Positions 7,080 through 15,078 of a stretch of DNA of 29,190 bases are shown here, piece after piece. The notes below the pieces were generated by a model. It searched no databases. It was not told where the DNA came from and worked only from the letters and a program-made list of their open reading frames with translations. The position numbers were made by a program, and so were the translations under genes. This stretch comes from an uncultured virus (IMG/VR IMGVR_UViG_3300025951_000004) (Duplodnaviria > Heunggongvirae > Uroviricota > Caudoviricetes). Positions within the stretch are counted from its first letter, which is position 1. Each line of letters starts with the position of its first letter. The stretch lies in IMG/VR virus record IMGVR_UViG_3300025951_000004; one strand, 5' to 3'.

Positions 7080-8108
7080 ATGCAGGTCATCCTCACCCCC
7101 ACGGCGGTCGCGGATAAGTTCGGGCCCGGGCTCAACGGCTTCAATAGTTCCATCATCCCGCCGGCGACACAGCTGAGCGCCGAGTGGTTTGACTCGGTCC
7201 AGCAGGAGATCGTCAACGTCATCCTCGGCCAGGGGATCGCGCTCGACGGGTTGGCCTTCGACCAGCTGAAGACGGCCTTCGACAACTACGTGTTCCTCAA
7301 CCCGGAGATCTCCGGGACGATGAAGATCCTCGGAGGTGCCTCGCTGGTCGTCAAAAGCGGCGGCACGCTCCAGTGCGACCCTGGCAGCACCGCTATCTTC
7401 GACGCGATCGACTGCACGAGCGTCACTACTACGGGGGACGTGGAGGTCGGCGGTAACCTCGATCTGACCAACGGATCGATATCCAACGTCACGACGATCG
7501 GATCGACAGGTCTGGCATCCCTCGGTAGCGTCGCAACGGCGGTCGCAACGGTCACAGATCTTGTCTGTGGAATCGCCTCGTTCGCGGGGACCGTCAACGC
7601 TTCCAACTCCGTAGTCCGCATGTTGGAAGCGGACTTTTCCGCGACGACTTTGACCATTGACGCCGGAGAGATGCGTTGGGATGGTACGAAGATCGCACTC
7701 GGGGACGGGTTCAAAGCTAATCCTCTCGTCATCTACGTCGGCGAGGTCTTCACCGAAACACCTGGTGGTGGCGGCGGCGCGCTGGCAGGGTCTGTCGTCA
7801 ATGGTTCGAGCGTTACGGTGTCTCTGACGATCGGCGATGTCGTCTGGGTTGAAGGTGGTTTTGAGACTACGAACTCGCTCAACCTGTCGCCGTCTGCGGG
7901 GCTCGAAGTATTCGTGGGCGGTGGCACGACCGTGCTGCATGCGACAACCAGGAAAATCGCTGTTGCGAACGACTTCGCCGATGTGAACATCAGGTACCGA
8001 TACACCGCGCTGGCTACGGCAAGCCACGTGTTTCGCATGACGCATGGTGCGGCGACAGGAAACACGACGACTCGAAACGTCGGCGTCACCGTTCGCCACA
8101 CGATCTGA
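7080..8108 (+). CDS. Tail fibre / receptor-binding protein
   Basis: N-terminal PATQLSAEWFDSVQQEIVNVILGQGIALD...DQLKTA matches the Mu-like myophage fibre baseplate-anchor motif; G/T/S/V-rich beta-type body. Confidence 0.75.
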   Translation: MQVILTPTAVADKFGPGLNGFNSSIIPPATQLSAEWFDSVQQEIVNVILGQGIALDGLAFDQLKTAFDNYVFLNPEISGTMKILGGASLVVKSGGTLQCDPGSTAIFDAIDCTSVTTTGDVEVGGNLDLTNGSISNVTTIGSTGLASLGSVATAVATVTDLVCGIASFAGTVNASNSVVRMLEADFSATTLTIDAGEMRWDGTKIALGDGFKANPLVIYVGEVFTETPGGGGGALAGSVVNGSSVTVSLTIGDVVWVEGGFETTNSLNLSPSAGLEVFVGGGTTVLHATTRKIAVANDFADVNIRYRYTALATASHVFRMTHGAATGNTTTRNVGVTVRHTI

Positions 8109-8109
8109 C

Positions 8110-8670
8110 TTAGCAGAACGGGAAGACGGCGCTGGTTGGATCTTCCTCCATCCAGCACAGATGCTTCTCGTCCGAGCAGAGCACCGTCACACCGATCGCA
8201 TCGCCACCATTGCACTGCATCCAGTCGGGCCAGTACGAGGTCATGTACGATGCCCCGGCCACGGCACACAACGGGAAGGAGACGCGTGCGCACTCACCCT
8301 CCCAGACCCAACAGGCCACATGTCCGTCATCGTCGACCTTGCCGCACCCGTCCACCTCCGACGGTTTTGGTCCGCAGTCGAACGCTGCCTCCGATGCTAC
8401 CTCCGGCCAAGACGAGACGACATCGGGGCCGACGACGAGCGACCATGCTTCGGTCCCTGGCCAACGAGCCCTGCATAGTTTGGGGTCGTTGACGCTGCAC
8501 TCGACTTCGGCGAACACGCCATCGCATGCGATGGACGAACTGCTGGTATCGGAACCGGAGTCTGTGGTCCCCACTTCATCGTCGGCCCCGATCGTCTCGT
8601 TGATGGATATGCCACCCGGTACACACCCGAGGTGAAGCATCAGCATGAAAATGATTTTGGTGTGACGCAT
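8110..8670 (-). CDS. Cys-rich predicted lipoprotein
   Basis: MRHTKIIFMLMLHLG-C signal/lipobox, acidic T/S/G linker (ADDEVGTTDSGSDTSSSS), many Cys and Trp. Confidence 0.7.
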   Translation of the reverse strand: MRHTKIIFMLMLHLGCVPGGISINETIGADDEVGTTDSGSDTSSSSIACDGVFAEVECSVNDPKLCRARWPGTEAWSLVVGPDVVSSWPEVASEAAFDCGPKPSEVDGCGKVDDDGHVACWVWEGECARVSFPLCAVAGASYMTSYWPDWMQCNGGDAIGVTVLCSDEKHLCWMEEDPTSAVFPFC

Positions 8671-8698
8671 GATGGAAGTTCCCGGGATGATCTTGATC

Positions 8699-9064
8699 CT
8701 ACACCAACGCTCCAGCTCGGATCTCGATGAGCTCGGCTGCGACGATCACACCGTCAGCTTCGCCAGCCTTTGCCTGCGCGAGCGCACACGCTCGAGCGAC
8801 CGATGAACCACCAGCCGGCCAAGCGTCTCGGTCCCCAACGACCGCGAGCGCGCGTTGCTCGAGCACGACGCGAGCGCGCGCCAACGCCTCGTGGATCGGG
8901 CCCGTCCCGTCGACCTCGCTGGCGCGGGACTCGTAGCCCTCGGGTGGGTCGTCACCCTCGAACTCGTCACCGAGGATCTTCCACTTGCTGGCAGCCGCCC
9001 TTGCGAGTTCGGCCTCGAGCTCGTCGAGCCACAACTGCGACGCCACCAATTTCTCAATTGTCAT
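8699..9064 (-). CDS. Hypothetical protein (121 aa; start MTIEKL)
   Basis: ATG at 9064 overlaps the end of the upstream gene; helical, protein-like sequence. Confidence 0.6.
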   Translation of the reverse strand: MTIEKLVASQLWLDELEAELARAAASKWKILGDEFEGDDPPEGYESRASEVDGTGPIHEALARARVVLEQRALAVVGDRDAWPAGGSSVARACALAQAKAGEADGVIVAAELIEIRAGALV

Positions 9065-9686
9065 GGAGTTCCTCAACAGACCACTCGGCCCCTTCGATGT
9101 CGATCTCCAACGGTTCCGCTTCGGATCCCTTGAAGACGAACCATCCACCGCCACAGGACTCAAACAAGCGGACATGTCGACGGTCGGTCGGCGCGGAGGT
9201 GCGCGCCTCCGCCGGCGCCACTATCCTCGGCAGCCTGGCGATGTAATTCGCGGCCAACTCAAGCCCGCGGCAATGGGACCGCCGCCGCCGCCGGATCGCC
9301 GTCTCCTGCTGATCTGCGGCTGCGAGCAACACGCTGTGCCCGATCTCCGCAAGGCCTGCCGCCTTGGAGATCACGGCTGGTCGCGGATCATCGCGGCGGC
9401 GAGGGCCGACTACATGGACCGCCTCGCCATCGCGGATCACGAAGAACCGCTCTTCGGCGATCCGCTCGACGCTCGACATCAGGGCGAAGAATTCTCGGTT
9501 GGTCTCGCCGCCGAAGATCCGCGCCTGGGCTCGCGCTCGGACAAGAGCTGTCTCCGCGAGCTGCAACAGCGCCTGCGCCCAAGCGGCTGGCGATGGCCAC
9601 CGGCGATCCCGGGCCCGTGCTTTCGTCCAAGCGCGCGCGCGGGTTGCTTGCTCGAGCGAGACGGCGGTCACGATGCGGGCGGTCAC
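9054..9686 (-). CDS. Hypothetical protein (about 210 aa)
   Basis: Purine-rich RBS-like gggaagaagg upstream; fits the gene tiling. Confidence 0.6.
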   Translation of the reverse strand: MTARIVTAVSLEQATRARAWTKARARDRRWPSPAAWAQALLQLAETALVRARAQARIFGGETNREFFALMSSVERIAEERFFVIRDGEAVHVVGPRRRDDPRPAVISKAAGLAEIGHSVLLAAADQQETAIRRRRRSHCRGLELAANYIARLPRIVAPAEARTSAPTDRRHVRLFESCGGGWFVFKGSEAEPLEIDIEGAEWSVEELHDN

Positions 9687-9691
9687 GATGC
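9663..9691. repeat. 15-bp-period tandem duplication over a start codon
   Basis: ggcggtcacgatgc-g-ggcggtcacgatgc. Confidence 0.8.
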
Positions 9692-9725
9692 CTTCTTCCC
9701 TCGTTTCGACAGCGCCACCGTCCGC

Positions 9726-10181
9726 TCAGTTCGCTACCCACAACCGCAGATCAGTCCGTCGCGCGAACTCTGAGATCAGCAGCGCATCCGCGTTCATGTG
9801 GATCACTTTGACACCGGGAAACAGAGCCTGCGCGCGCGCCTTCGTGACGTTCTTGTCGCCGCCGCTCCGGCAGTCGAGCGCCTTCTGCCACTTCTGAGGC
9901 GTGGCGAATTCGAAGCGGATCCCCGAGGCGACCAGCATCCCTTGGCAGAAACCGAACGACGTGCCGAACTTGAACGTGCTCGACACACCTTGCTTCGGCA
10001 TCGCGCTGACCTTCTCGATCACCGCGAATCGAACGCGCTGCGCCGCGAGCCATGTCCAAACATCGTGCTGCGTCGCTTCGAGCGGCTGTACCGATACCAC
10101 CGCGCCGAGCGGGTTGACCACCGCCATCGCGCCCGATGCCCCAACATCGACACCGAGGTAATTCACGTTCTCGTCGGTCAT
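9726..10181 (-). CDS. RuvC-like Holliday junction resolvase (151 aa; start MTDENV)
   Basis: YLGVDVGASGAMA, AVIEKVSAMPKQGVSSTFKFG, TPQKWQK, NADALLI: the catalytic D/E/D pattern of phage RuvC/MOC1-like enzymes. Confidence 0.9.
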   Translation of the reverse strand: MTDENVNYLGVDVGASGAMAVVNPLGAVVSVQPLEATQHDVWTWLAAQRVRFAVIEKVSAMPKQGVSSTFKFGTSFGFCQGMLVASGIRFEFATPQKWQKALDCRSGGDKNVTKARAQALFPGVKVIHMNADALLISEFARRTDLRLWVAN

Positions 10182-10207
10182 GCCGTCCCAACCGCCGCGC
10201 GCGGGGC

Positions 10208-10684
10208 CTATTCCGAGGCTATCGGCCCTGGCCATTCCTGGAGAAGCTCCCGCCACAGGCGAACGTAGATCGGCGCCCAGCCGCGGTCGAACACGCTGGC
10301 CTCGACCGCCTCGTCCACAAGCTTGATCGCTCCGGCCTTCGACGCGCAAACGTACTCGCACCGCACCACTACAGGGCCGTGCAAGTAGATGCTCAACTCC
10401 AGCGTCGACCTGGACTCTACCGCGCGGGGCCGCGGTGGGATCACGACCTCGGTAATGAAATCGACCCCGACCAGCTCCGGCAGCACCCCCCGGACCAGGC
10501 ACAGCTCGCATGCCTTGGCTGCGAGATCGTGCGCTCGGATGAAGCACCGATCGTCTGCCCCAAGAGAGCGTCGTCCGGAGGCTGCGGATCGCCAGCGCGT
10601 CTGGGCTGCGGCGAGAAACGGCTCGACGTCTGTAGGCACGGCGAGCCAACCAGAGGGCCGGCGCGCTATTCCCTGCGCCCCCAC
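10208..10684 (-). CDS. Hypothetical protein
   Basis: Fills the gap between neighbours on the coding strand; start uncertain. Confidence 0.5.
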   Translation of the reverse strand: MGAQGIARRPSGWLAVPTDVEPFLAAAQTRWRSAASGRRSLGADDRCFIRAHDLAAKACELCLVRGVLPELVGVDFITEVVIPPRPRAVESRSTLELSIYLHGPVVVRCEYVCASKAGAIKLVDEAVEASVFDRGWAPIYVRLWRELLQEWPGPIASE

Positions 10685-10687
10685 GCG

Positions 10688-11248
10688 CTACCAGGCGACC
10701 GCGAGCGGAGCATTCAGGGCGCGCTTGCCCATCACCTGCACCTGCTCGGCGCTGGGCTGCGCAGCTGGGCGCTGGGCCACCTGCGCAGCCGGTGCTGGCG
10801 CAGGCGTGGGCTTGACCGGCTCGACGTGCCTCTCCCAGCAGATCGCCGCACACGTGGGCTGGCCGGCTCGCGAGATGAAAGCGGGGCCGTTGCAGCGGCG
10901 ACACCTGGTCAACTCGGCCCCCTGGGCGGCGACAATCCGCTCGCGCAGTCGCCCAACGATCGCAGGGATCGTCCCCACGCGATGCACCGCCCTGTCCTTG
11001 GCGAGCCCACGCGAGCTCGGCTGGCCCTCGTAGATCAGCGCGACCCGGATCGCGTCGGCTCCGACAGAGCGAACCTCGGCGCCGACGATGGTCGTGTAGA
11101 CCGCGACGACGACATTCGGCTCGCGCTCGCGTACGTAGACAGCCTCGCCGGGGGCTGGCCGGCGGGTGAAGCCGAGGCGTCCCAGTTCGGCGATGAGTCG
11201 GGCCGCGAGCTCGCGGCGATGCGTGGGGCTGTTGGGGTCGTACTGCAT
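10688..11248 (-). CDS. Hypothetical protein with a putative Zn ribbon and a P/A-rich tail
   Basis: CRRC...CAAIC; RBS-like aggaatagg upstream. Confidence 0.7.
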   Translation of the reverse strand: MQYDPNSPTHRRELAARLIAELGRLGFTRRPAPGEAVYVREREPNVVVAVYTTIVGAEVRSVGADAIRVALIYEGQPSSRGLAKDRAVHRVGTIPAIVGRLRERIVAAQGAELTRCRRCNGPAFISRAGQPTCAAICWERHVEPVKPTPAPAPAAQVAQRPAAQPSAEQVQVMGKRALNAPLAVAW

Positions 11249-11252
11249 CGTC

Positions 11253-12953
11253 CTATTCCTTCTCTCGCTTCGGCGCGGGGATCTCGATGATCTCGTTCTT
11301 CGCCCTCGTATAAGCCACGTATGCGAGGTTCTCCTCTTGCTCGACCTGCCACTTCTGGGTCGCGCGGTTCGACATCAGGCGATCGAATTCGAGGATCACG
11401 ACGCGGTCCGCTTCGAGACCCTTCGACCTGTGCACGGTCGACAGCGTGACCGCGGCCGTCTTGTCGGCGAAGATGCGCTCGACCGCGGTAACGAGGTCCG
11501 CAGCCGAGGCCGCGCCGCTGCTCCGAAAGATGATCCGTACGCACTCCATGCGGTCGCCGAGAGCTTCGACCGCGTCAGCGGCCGCGTTCTCGTCGCGGGC
11601 ACGCTGGCGGACCTTCGCTGCCTCGGCAGTCTCGACCTCGGCGAGGCGTGCGACAAACTCGGACCGCCAGTCACCGCGGACGCGCTTGCTCGCGCGCTTG
11701 ATGATCTTGATCAGTCCCTTCGACATGTCGGCCCGACCCCTGACCATCGCGCTAGTGCCCGCGGCGATCAGCTCGAAGCACAGCCCGATCAGCGGTGCGG
11801 TGCGGCGGCAGATCACCAGGTCGCCGCTCTTCGCCTCGTCGACGTAGTCGATCCGCTCGAGCCGCCGGATCGAGCCGACGGGCGCCCCAGGCCGCGCCTC
11901 AATGTCGCTCCGCCACTCGCGGGCGCGTGCGAGGTGCGAGGTCGGACAACGGTAGCAGACGGACAGCGGCAGCACCTGCGCGCGCGACTCCCGGATGATC
12001 GCGTCGAAGCTGTCCGAGTCGGCACCGGCGAAGCCGTTGATCGACTGCTGAGGATCGCCGACCCACATCATCCGCCCGCCACGGCGCACGCTCGCCATCA
12101 GGAGTCGACGCGCGGCGGTCGAGATGTCCTGGCACTCGTCGACCAGCACGAGGTCGTACTGCTTCGGCCGGAGCCCCAACACGTTGGGCAGCCAGATCAT
12201 ATCGGTGAAGTCGACCAGCCACTTGCCGGAGCTCGGCGGCGTGCAGCCGATGCGGAGCGTGTTGCGGACCACGAGCACGACGAGCGGCCACAGGACCGCA
12301 TCGACGTCGACGTCATAGCGCCGCGCGAGGAGGTCGAGCCCGCGCTCGTAGCGAGGTCCGTCGAAGTCCAGGAGGAACAGCCGCGCGAGCTTGGTCAACT
12401 CCACGCACTCGCTCGACGGGAACCCGTCGGCGGCGATCGCTTCGAGCTGCGCCTTGCTCACCGGCTCCCCACACAGGGTGACCATGGGTCGGGTGTCCGG
12501 CTCGCCGTCTTCCGGCTCGGGCCCGCGCTCATCGACGCGCTCGGCGAGAACCTGCGCCGCCTCCTCGACCAGCTCGGGGTACTTGCGCTCCTTGTTATCG
12601 ACATCGACCTCGACCGCACCGTTGAGCCCGATCCGGGCGTAGCAGTAGAAGCGCAACGCGCCGAGACCATGAGCGTGCGCCGTGGTGGCCTTCGCCCTCG
12701 TGCCCTTGAGCCGCTCGGCGAGCACGTCGGCGATCTCGCGATTGAAGGCGACGGCGAGCGCCTCGACGTTGGCCAGCTTGATCGCGTCGACCGAGGTCGT
12801 CGTCTTACCCGACCCGGCACAGGCGTCGACGACCACGTTGCCGGTGCCGTCAACAACCCAGTCGAAGATCGCGGCCTGATACTTGGAAGGGTCGTAGCTC
12901 AGGCCGAGGCGCTCGCGGATGGAGGTCGAAGAGGTGATCGAATTGGCGCTCAC
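11253..12953 (-). CDS. UvrD/Rep-like SF1 DNA helicase
   Basis: ACAGSGKTT, VAFNREIA, LVDECQD, VGDPQQSINGFAGAD, CYRCP, STVHRSKGLE, LAYVAYTRAK. Confidence 0.95.
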   Translation of the reverse strand: MSANSITSSTSIRERLGLSYDPSKYQAAIFDWVVDGTGNVVVDACAGSGKTTTSVDAIKLANVEALAVAFNREIADVLAERLKGTRAKATTAHAHGLGALRFYCYARIGLNGAVEVDVDNKERKYPELVEEAAQVLAERVDERGPEPEDGEPDTRPMVTLCGEPVSKAQLEAIAADGFPSSECVELTKLARLFLLDFDGPRYERGLDLLARRYDVDVDAVLWPLVVLVVRNTLRIGCTPPSSGKWLVDFTDMIWLPNVLGLRPKQYDLVLVDECQDISTAARRLLMASVRRGGRMMWVGDPQQSINGFAGADSDSFDAIIRESRAQVLPLSVCYRCPTSHLARAREWRSDIEARPGAPVGSIRRLERIDYVDEAKSGDLVICRRTAPLIGLCFELIAAGTSAMVRGRADMSKGLIKIIKRASKRVRGDWRSEFVARLAEVETAEAAKVRQRARDENAAADAVEALGDRMECVRIIFRSSGAASAADLVTAVERIFADKTAAVTLSTVHRSKGLEADRVVILEFDRLMSNRATQKWQVEQEENLAYVAYTRAKNEIIEIPAPKREKE

Positions 12954-12988
12954 CAGCCCACGATAGTATGCGTGATACTATCAGTCAA
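12954..12988 (-). promoter_or_regulatory. Sigma-70-type leaderless promoter overlapped by a palindromic operator
   Basis: TTGACT (12983-12988)-17 bp-TATCGT (12960-12965)-6 nt-GTG; perfect inverted repeat GATAGTAT-gcgtg-ATACTATC (12962-12982). Confidence 0.8.
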
Positions 12989-13016
12989 CAGGGCTGGCGC
13001 TGAAATATACCGGCCG

Positions 13017-13200
13017 ATGTCCAGGTTCAAGCGCTCCCCGATCCGCGCGGCGACGCAGCAACTGATCTCCGCTTGGCGCGAGCGCACGGGGCTGCACTCG
13101 CGAGCGTGCCGGGTGCTCTCCGTGCAGGGCCTGCGCGCGGACGAGTCGAGCCGACGCGCCAAGCGGGTGCCGTTCGAGCTTGATGCTGGGCCTACGACGT
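13017..13200 (+). pseudogene. Fragment of a phage PAPS-reductase-family gene
   Basis: SRFKRSPI...RVLSVQGLRADESSRRAK matches the K..P...G.R..ES..R motifs of that family; the N-terminal PP-loop and the C-terminus are absent. Confidence 0.55.
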
Positions 13201-13237
13201 GGGCATGCCGAGGCTCAGCTGCTCGCTCTGTGAACGG

Positions 13238-14224
13238 TCAGCTCGGCAGCCGATGCAGCTCGACCCACGTCGCGCCGTCCACCGAGCCAGTCACCTGGAG
13301 CCCCCTGGCGGTCTGGAAGGACCTCACGGCGGCGATCGTCTTGGGGCCCGGCAGCCCGTCGATCGGCCCCGTGTCGACCAGCCATGCGTGGTGGAGCAGC
13401 GCTTGAGCTGCGCACAGCTGACCCGAGTAGATCCTGGCCGGCATGGTCGCGATCGGCAGCGTCGGGAAGATGCCTGTCAACGTCGTCGGTGCCGGCGACA
13501 ACCAGGCGACGAACGCCTGCACATCCGCGCGCGCCGAGATCGCGTTGATGGTCCAGTAGCAGACCTGCTCGATGCCGCTCGCTACCACGTCATCGATCGG
13601 CGGCCCCATCGTGCTCGGCGCGGGCTCGCCCTGGTTGTATGCCGCGAGCCCGATGACCCAGCCCTCGAGCGGTTCGCCGAATCGCGAGCGCCAGCTGTTG
13701 AGGCTGTAGGGCACGACCCCGCCCGGCGTCGATTGGCTGTCCGACGTCGCGTAGGCCTGCGGCGAGAAGACGTCGCAGACCTTGGCGAGTTCGGAGATCT
13801 CCTTGAGCGCCGCGCCGATCCCCGACAGCGCGAGGCGAGGAAACGCGCTGGCAAGCCGATTTGCTGCGGTTCGGTAGTCGAAGCTTCCAGTCGCCTTGGT
13901 CCATGGCTCCTCGGCGTCCAGCCACAGCATCGTCGCTCCGGTCTCGACCATCAGGCCTGGCAGCACGGCGAGCGCGCCGTCGATCCACGAGTCGTGTGGC
14001 ATTACCCACGTGGTCAGCTGGACCTCGATGCCCGCGTCCGCGCAGGCCGACGCCAGAGCAAGGATCTTGGCGGTATCGAAGGTTCGGAACGAGCACTCGG
14101 CTCGCTCGGCAGAGAAGTCGTTGAGCATCAGGTTGGCGACGCGGACGCCTGCCGCCTGCAAGTTGCGGACGGTCTGGGCTGGGTCTGAGAACGCCGATGA
14201 AGTGATCCACGCGTGGACTCGCAT
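13238..14224 (-). CDS. Putative endolysin: glycoside-hydrolase-like catalytic domain plus C-terminal peptidoglycan-binding domain
   Basis: C-terminal GPIDGLPGPKTIAAVRSFQTARGLQVTGSVDGATW is PG_binding_1-like; LWLDAEE and FSPQAY suggest a GH25-like barrel (less certain). Confidence 0.7.
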   Translation of the reverse strand: MRVHAWITSSAFSDPAQTVRNLQAAGVRVANLMLNDFSAERAECSFRTFDTAKILALASACADAGIEVQLTTWVMPHDSWIDGALAVLPGLMVETGATMLWLDAEEPWTKATGSFDYRTAANRLASAFPRLALSGIGAALKEISELAKVCDVFSPQAYATSDSQSTPGGVVPYSLNSWRSRFGEPLEGWVIGLAAYNQGEPAPSTMGPPIDDVVASGIEQVCYWTINAISARADVQAFVAWLSPAPTTLTGIFPTLPIATMPARIYSGQLCAAQALLHHAWLVDTGPIDGLPGPKTIAAVRSFQTARGLQVTGSVDGATWVELHRLPS

Positions 14225-14271
14225 GGGCCGACTCTACACCGTCGGGGTTCGGACGCTCGCGGGCGCGCGAA

Positions 14272-15078
14272 CTACAGCGAGAGCCCGAGTTGGCCGCGGT
14301 CGATCTTCGGGTAGGCCTGCCCGACTGGCAGATGGCGACGGTCACGGGGTCGGAGCGCCCACGCGTACTTGTGATTGCCCGAGTGCGCGAAGCTCCTGGT
14401 GAGCATCGGCAGCCAGAGCGCGAGCCAGGCCTCGGCGTCGTTGTGCTCGGCCAGGGTCGCAGCGCCGTTGGCCTCGAGCTTCGCCGCCGAGTAGCGCCAG
14501 CCCTTGTCGCGCTTGCGGATCTTCGCCAGCGTGCGCCCGTGGATCACGGTACCGTCGGGCAGCAGGCGCCGACGCTCGGCCTTGGTCCTGCCTAGGTAGA
14601 CCGCGTTGGTCGCCTGATAGATTGTCCCTACATGGCCGGGGAAGGTGACCAGCCCACCCGCGTCGGACCGCGCGACGGGATCTGAGAAGCTCACCACGCC
14701 GGTGTACCCGAGCCGGCGCAGGTGCTCGAAGCACCGTGCCAGGAACCAGCTCTCGCCGTTGGCGGGCACGTCGTCGAGCAGGACGAAGCGGCCGAGTTCG
14801 ACGCTCTCATTCCGATCACCGGGCAGCACGTCGAGCGCCTTCGGCTGTGCGGGGACCGAGAACACGGCGACACCCACGAGCAGCCCGGCACGAAACAACC
14901 CGAAGCGCTCTCGCGCGGCGGGGTAGCTAGCCGAGTAGTGATGCTCGAGCACGAAGGCCTTGGCCACCCCGTCGCCAGCGATGCGCTCGACCTCGAACTC
15001 GGCCGTGCGGATCGGCTCGCCCGCAGGCCGGTAGCTCGAGCGCCGGTCGCCCCACCGCTGGACCACGTCGATCAGCAT
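14272..15078 (-). CDS. Mom-family adenine methylcarbamoylation (DNA modification) protein
   Basis: FVLEHHYS, LVGVAVF, ELGRFVLLDDVPANGESWFLARC, VVSFSDP, GHVGTIYQATNAVYLG. Confidence 0.9.
   Translation of the reverse strand: MLIDVVQRWGDRRSSYRPAGEPIRTAEFEVERIAGDGVAKAFVLEHHYSASYPAARERFGLFRAGLLVGVAVFSVPAQPKALDVLPGDRNESVELGRFVLLDDVPANGESWFLARCFEHLRRLGYTGVVSFSDPVARSDAGGLVTFPGHVGTIYQATNAVYLGRTKAERRRLLPDGTVIHGRTLAKIRKRDKGWRYSAAKLEANGAATLAEHNDAEAWLALWLPMLTRSFAHSGNHKYAWALRPRDRRHLPVGQAYPKIDRGQLGLSL

Noticed and set aside
7921..7940. Sigma-54 promoter-like TGGCACG...TGC
   Set aside because: GG-to-GC spacing is 9 rather than 10 and it lies inside the fibre CDS. Other TGGCAC hits checked also lacked a -12 element.
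7025..8700. Mu G-segment-like invertible tail-fibre cassette
   Set aside because: No invertase gene and no flanking inverted repeats were found; the whole fibre gene, not just its tip, is in the opposite orientation.
9193..9213. GC hairpin gcggagg-tgcgcg-cctccgc
   Set aside because: Inside a probable CDS, no U-tract, and expected by chance at this GC content.
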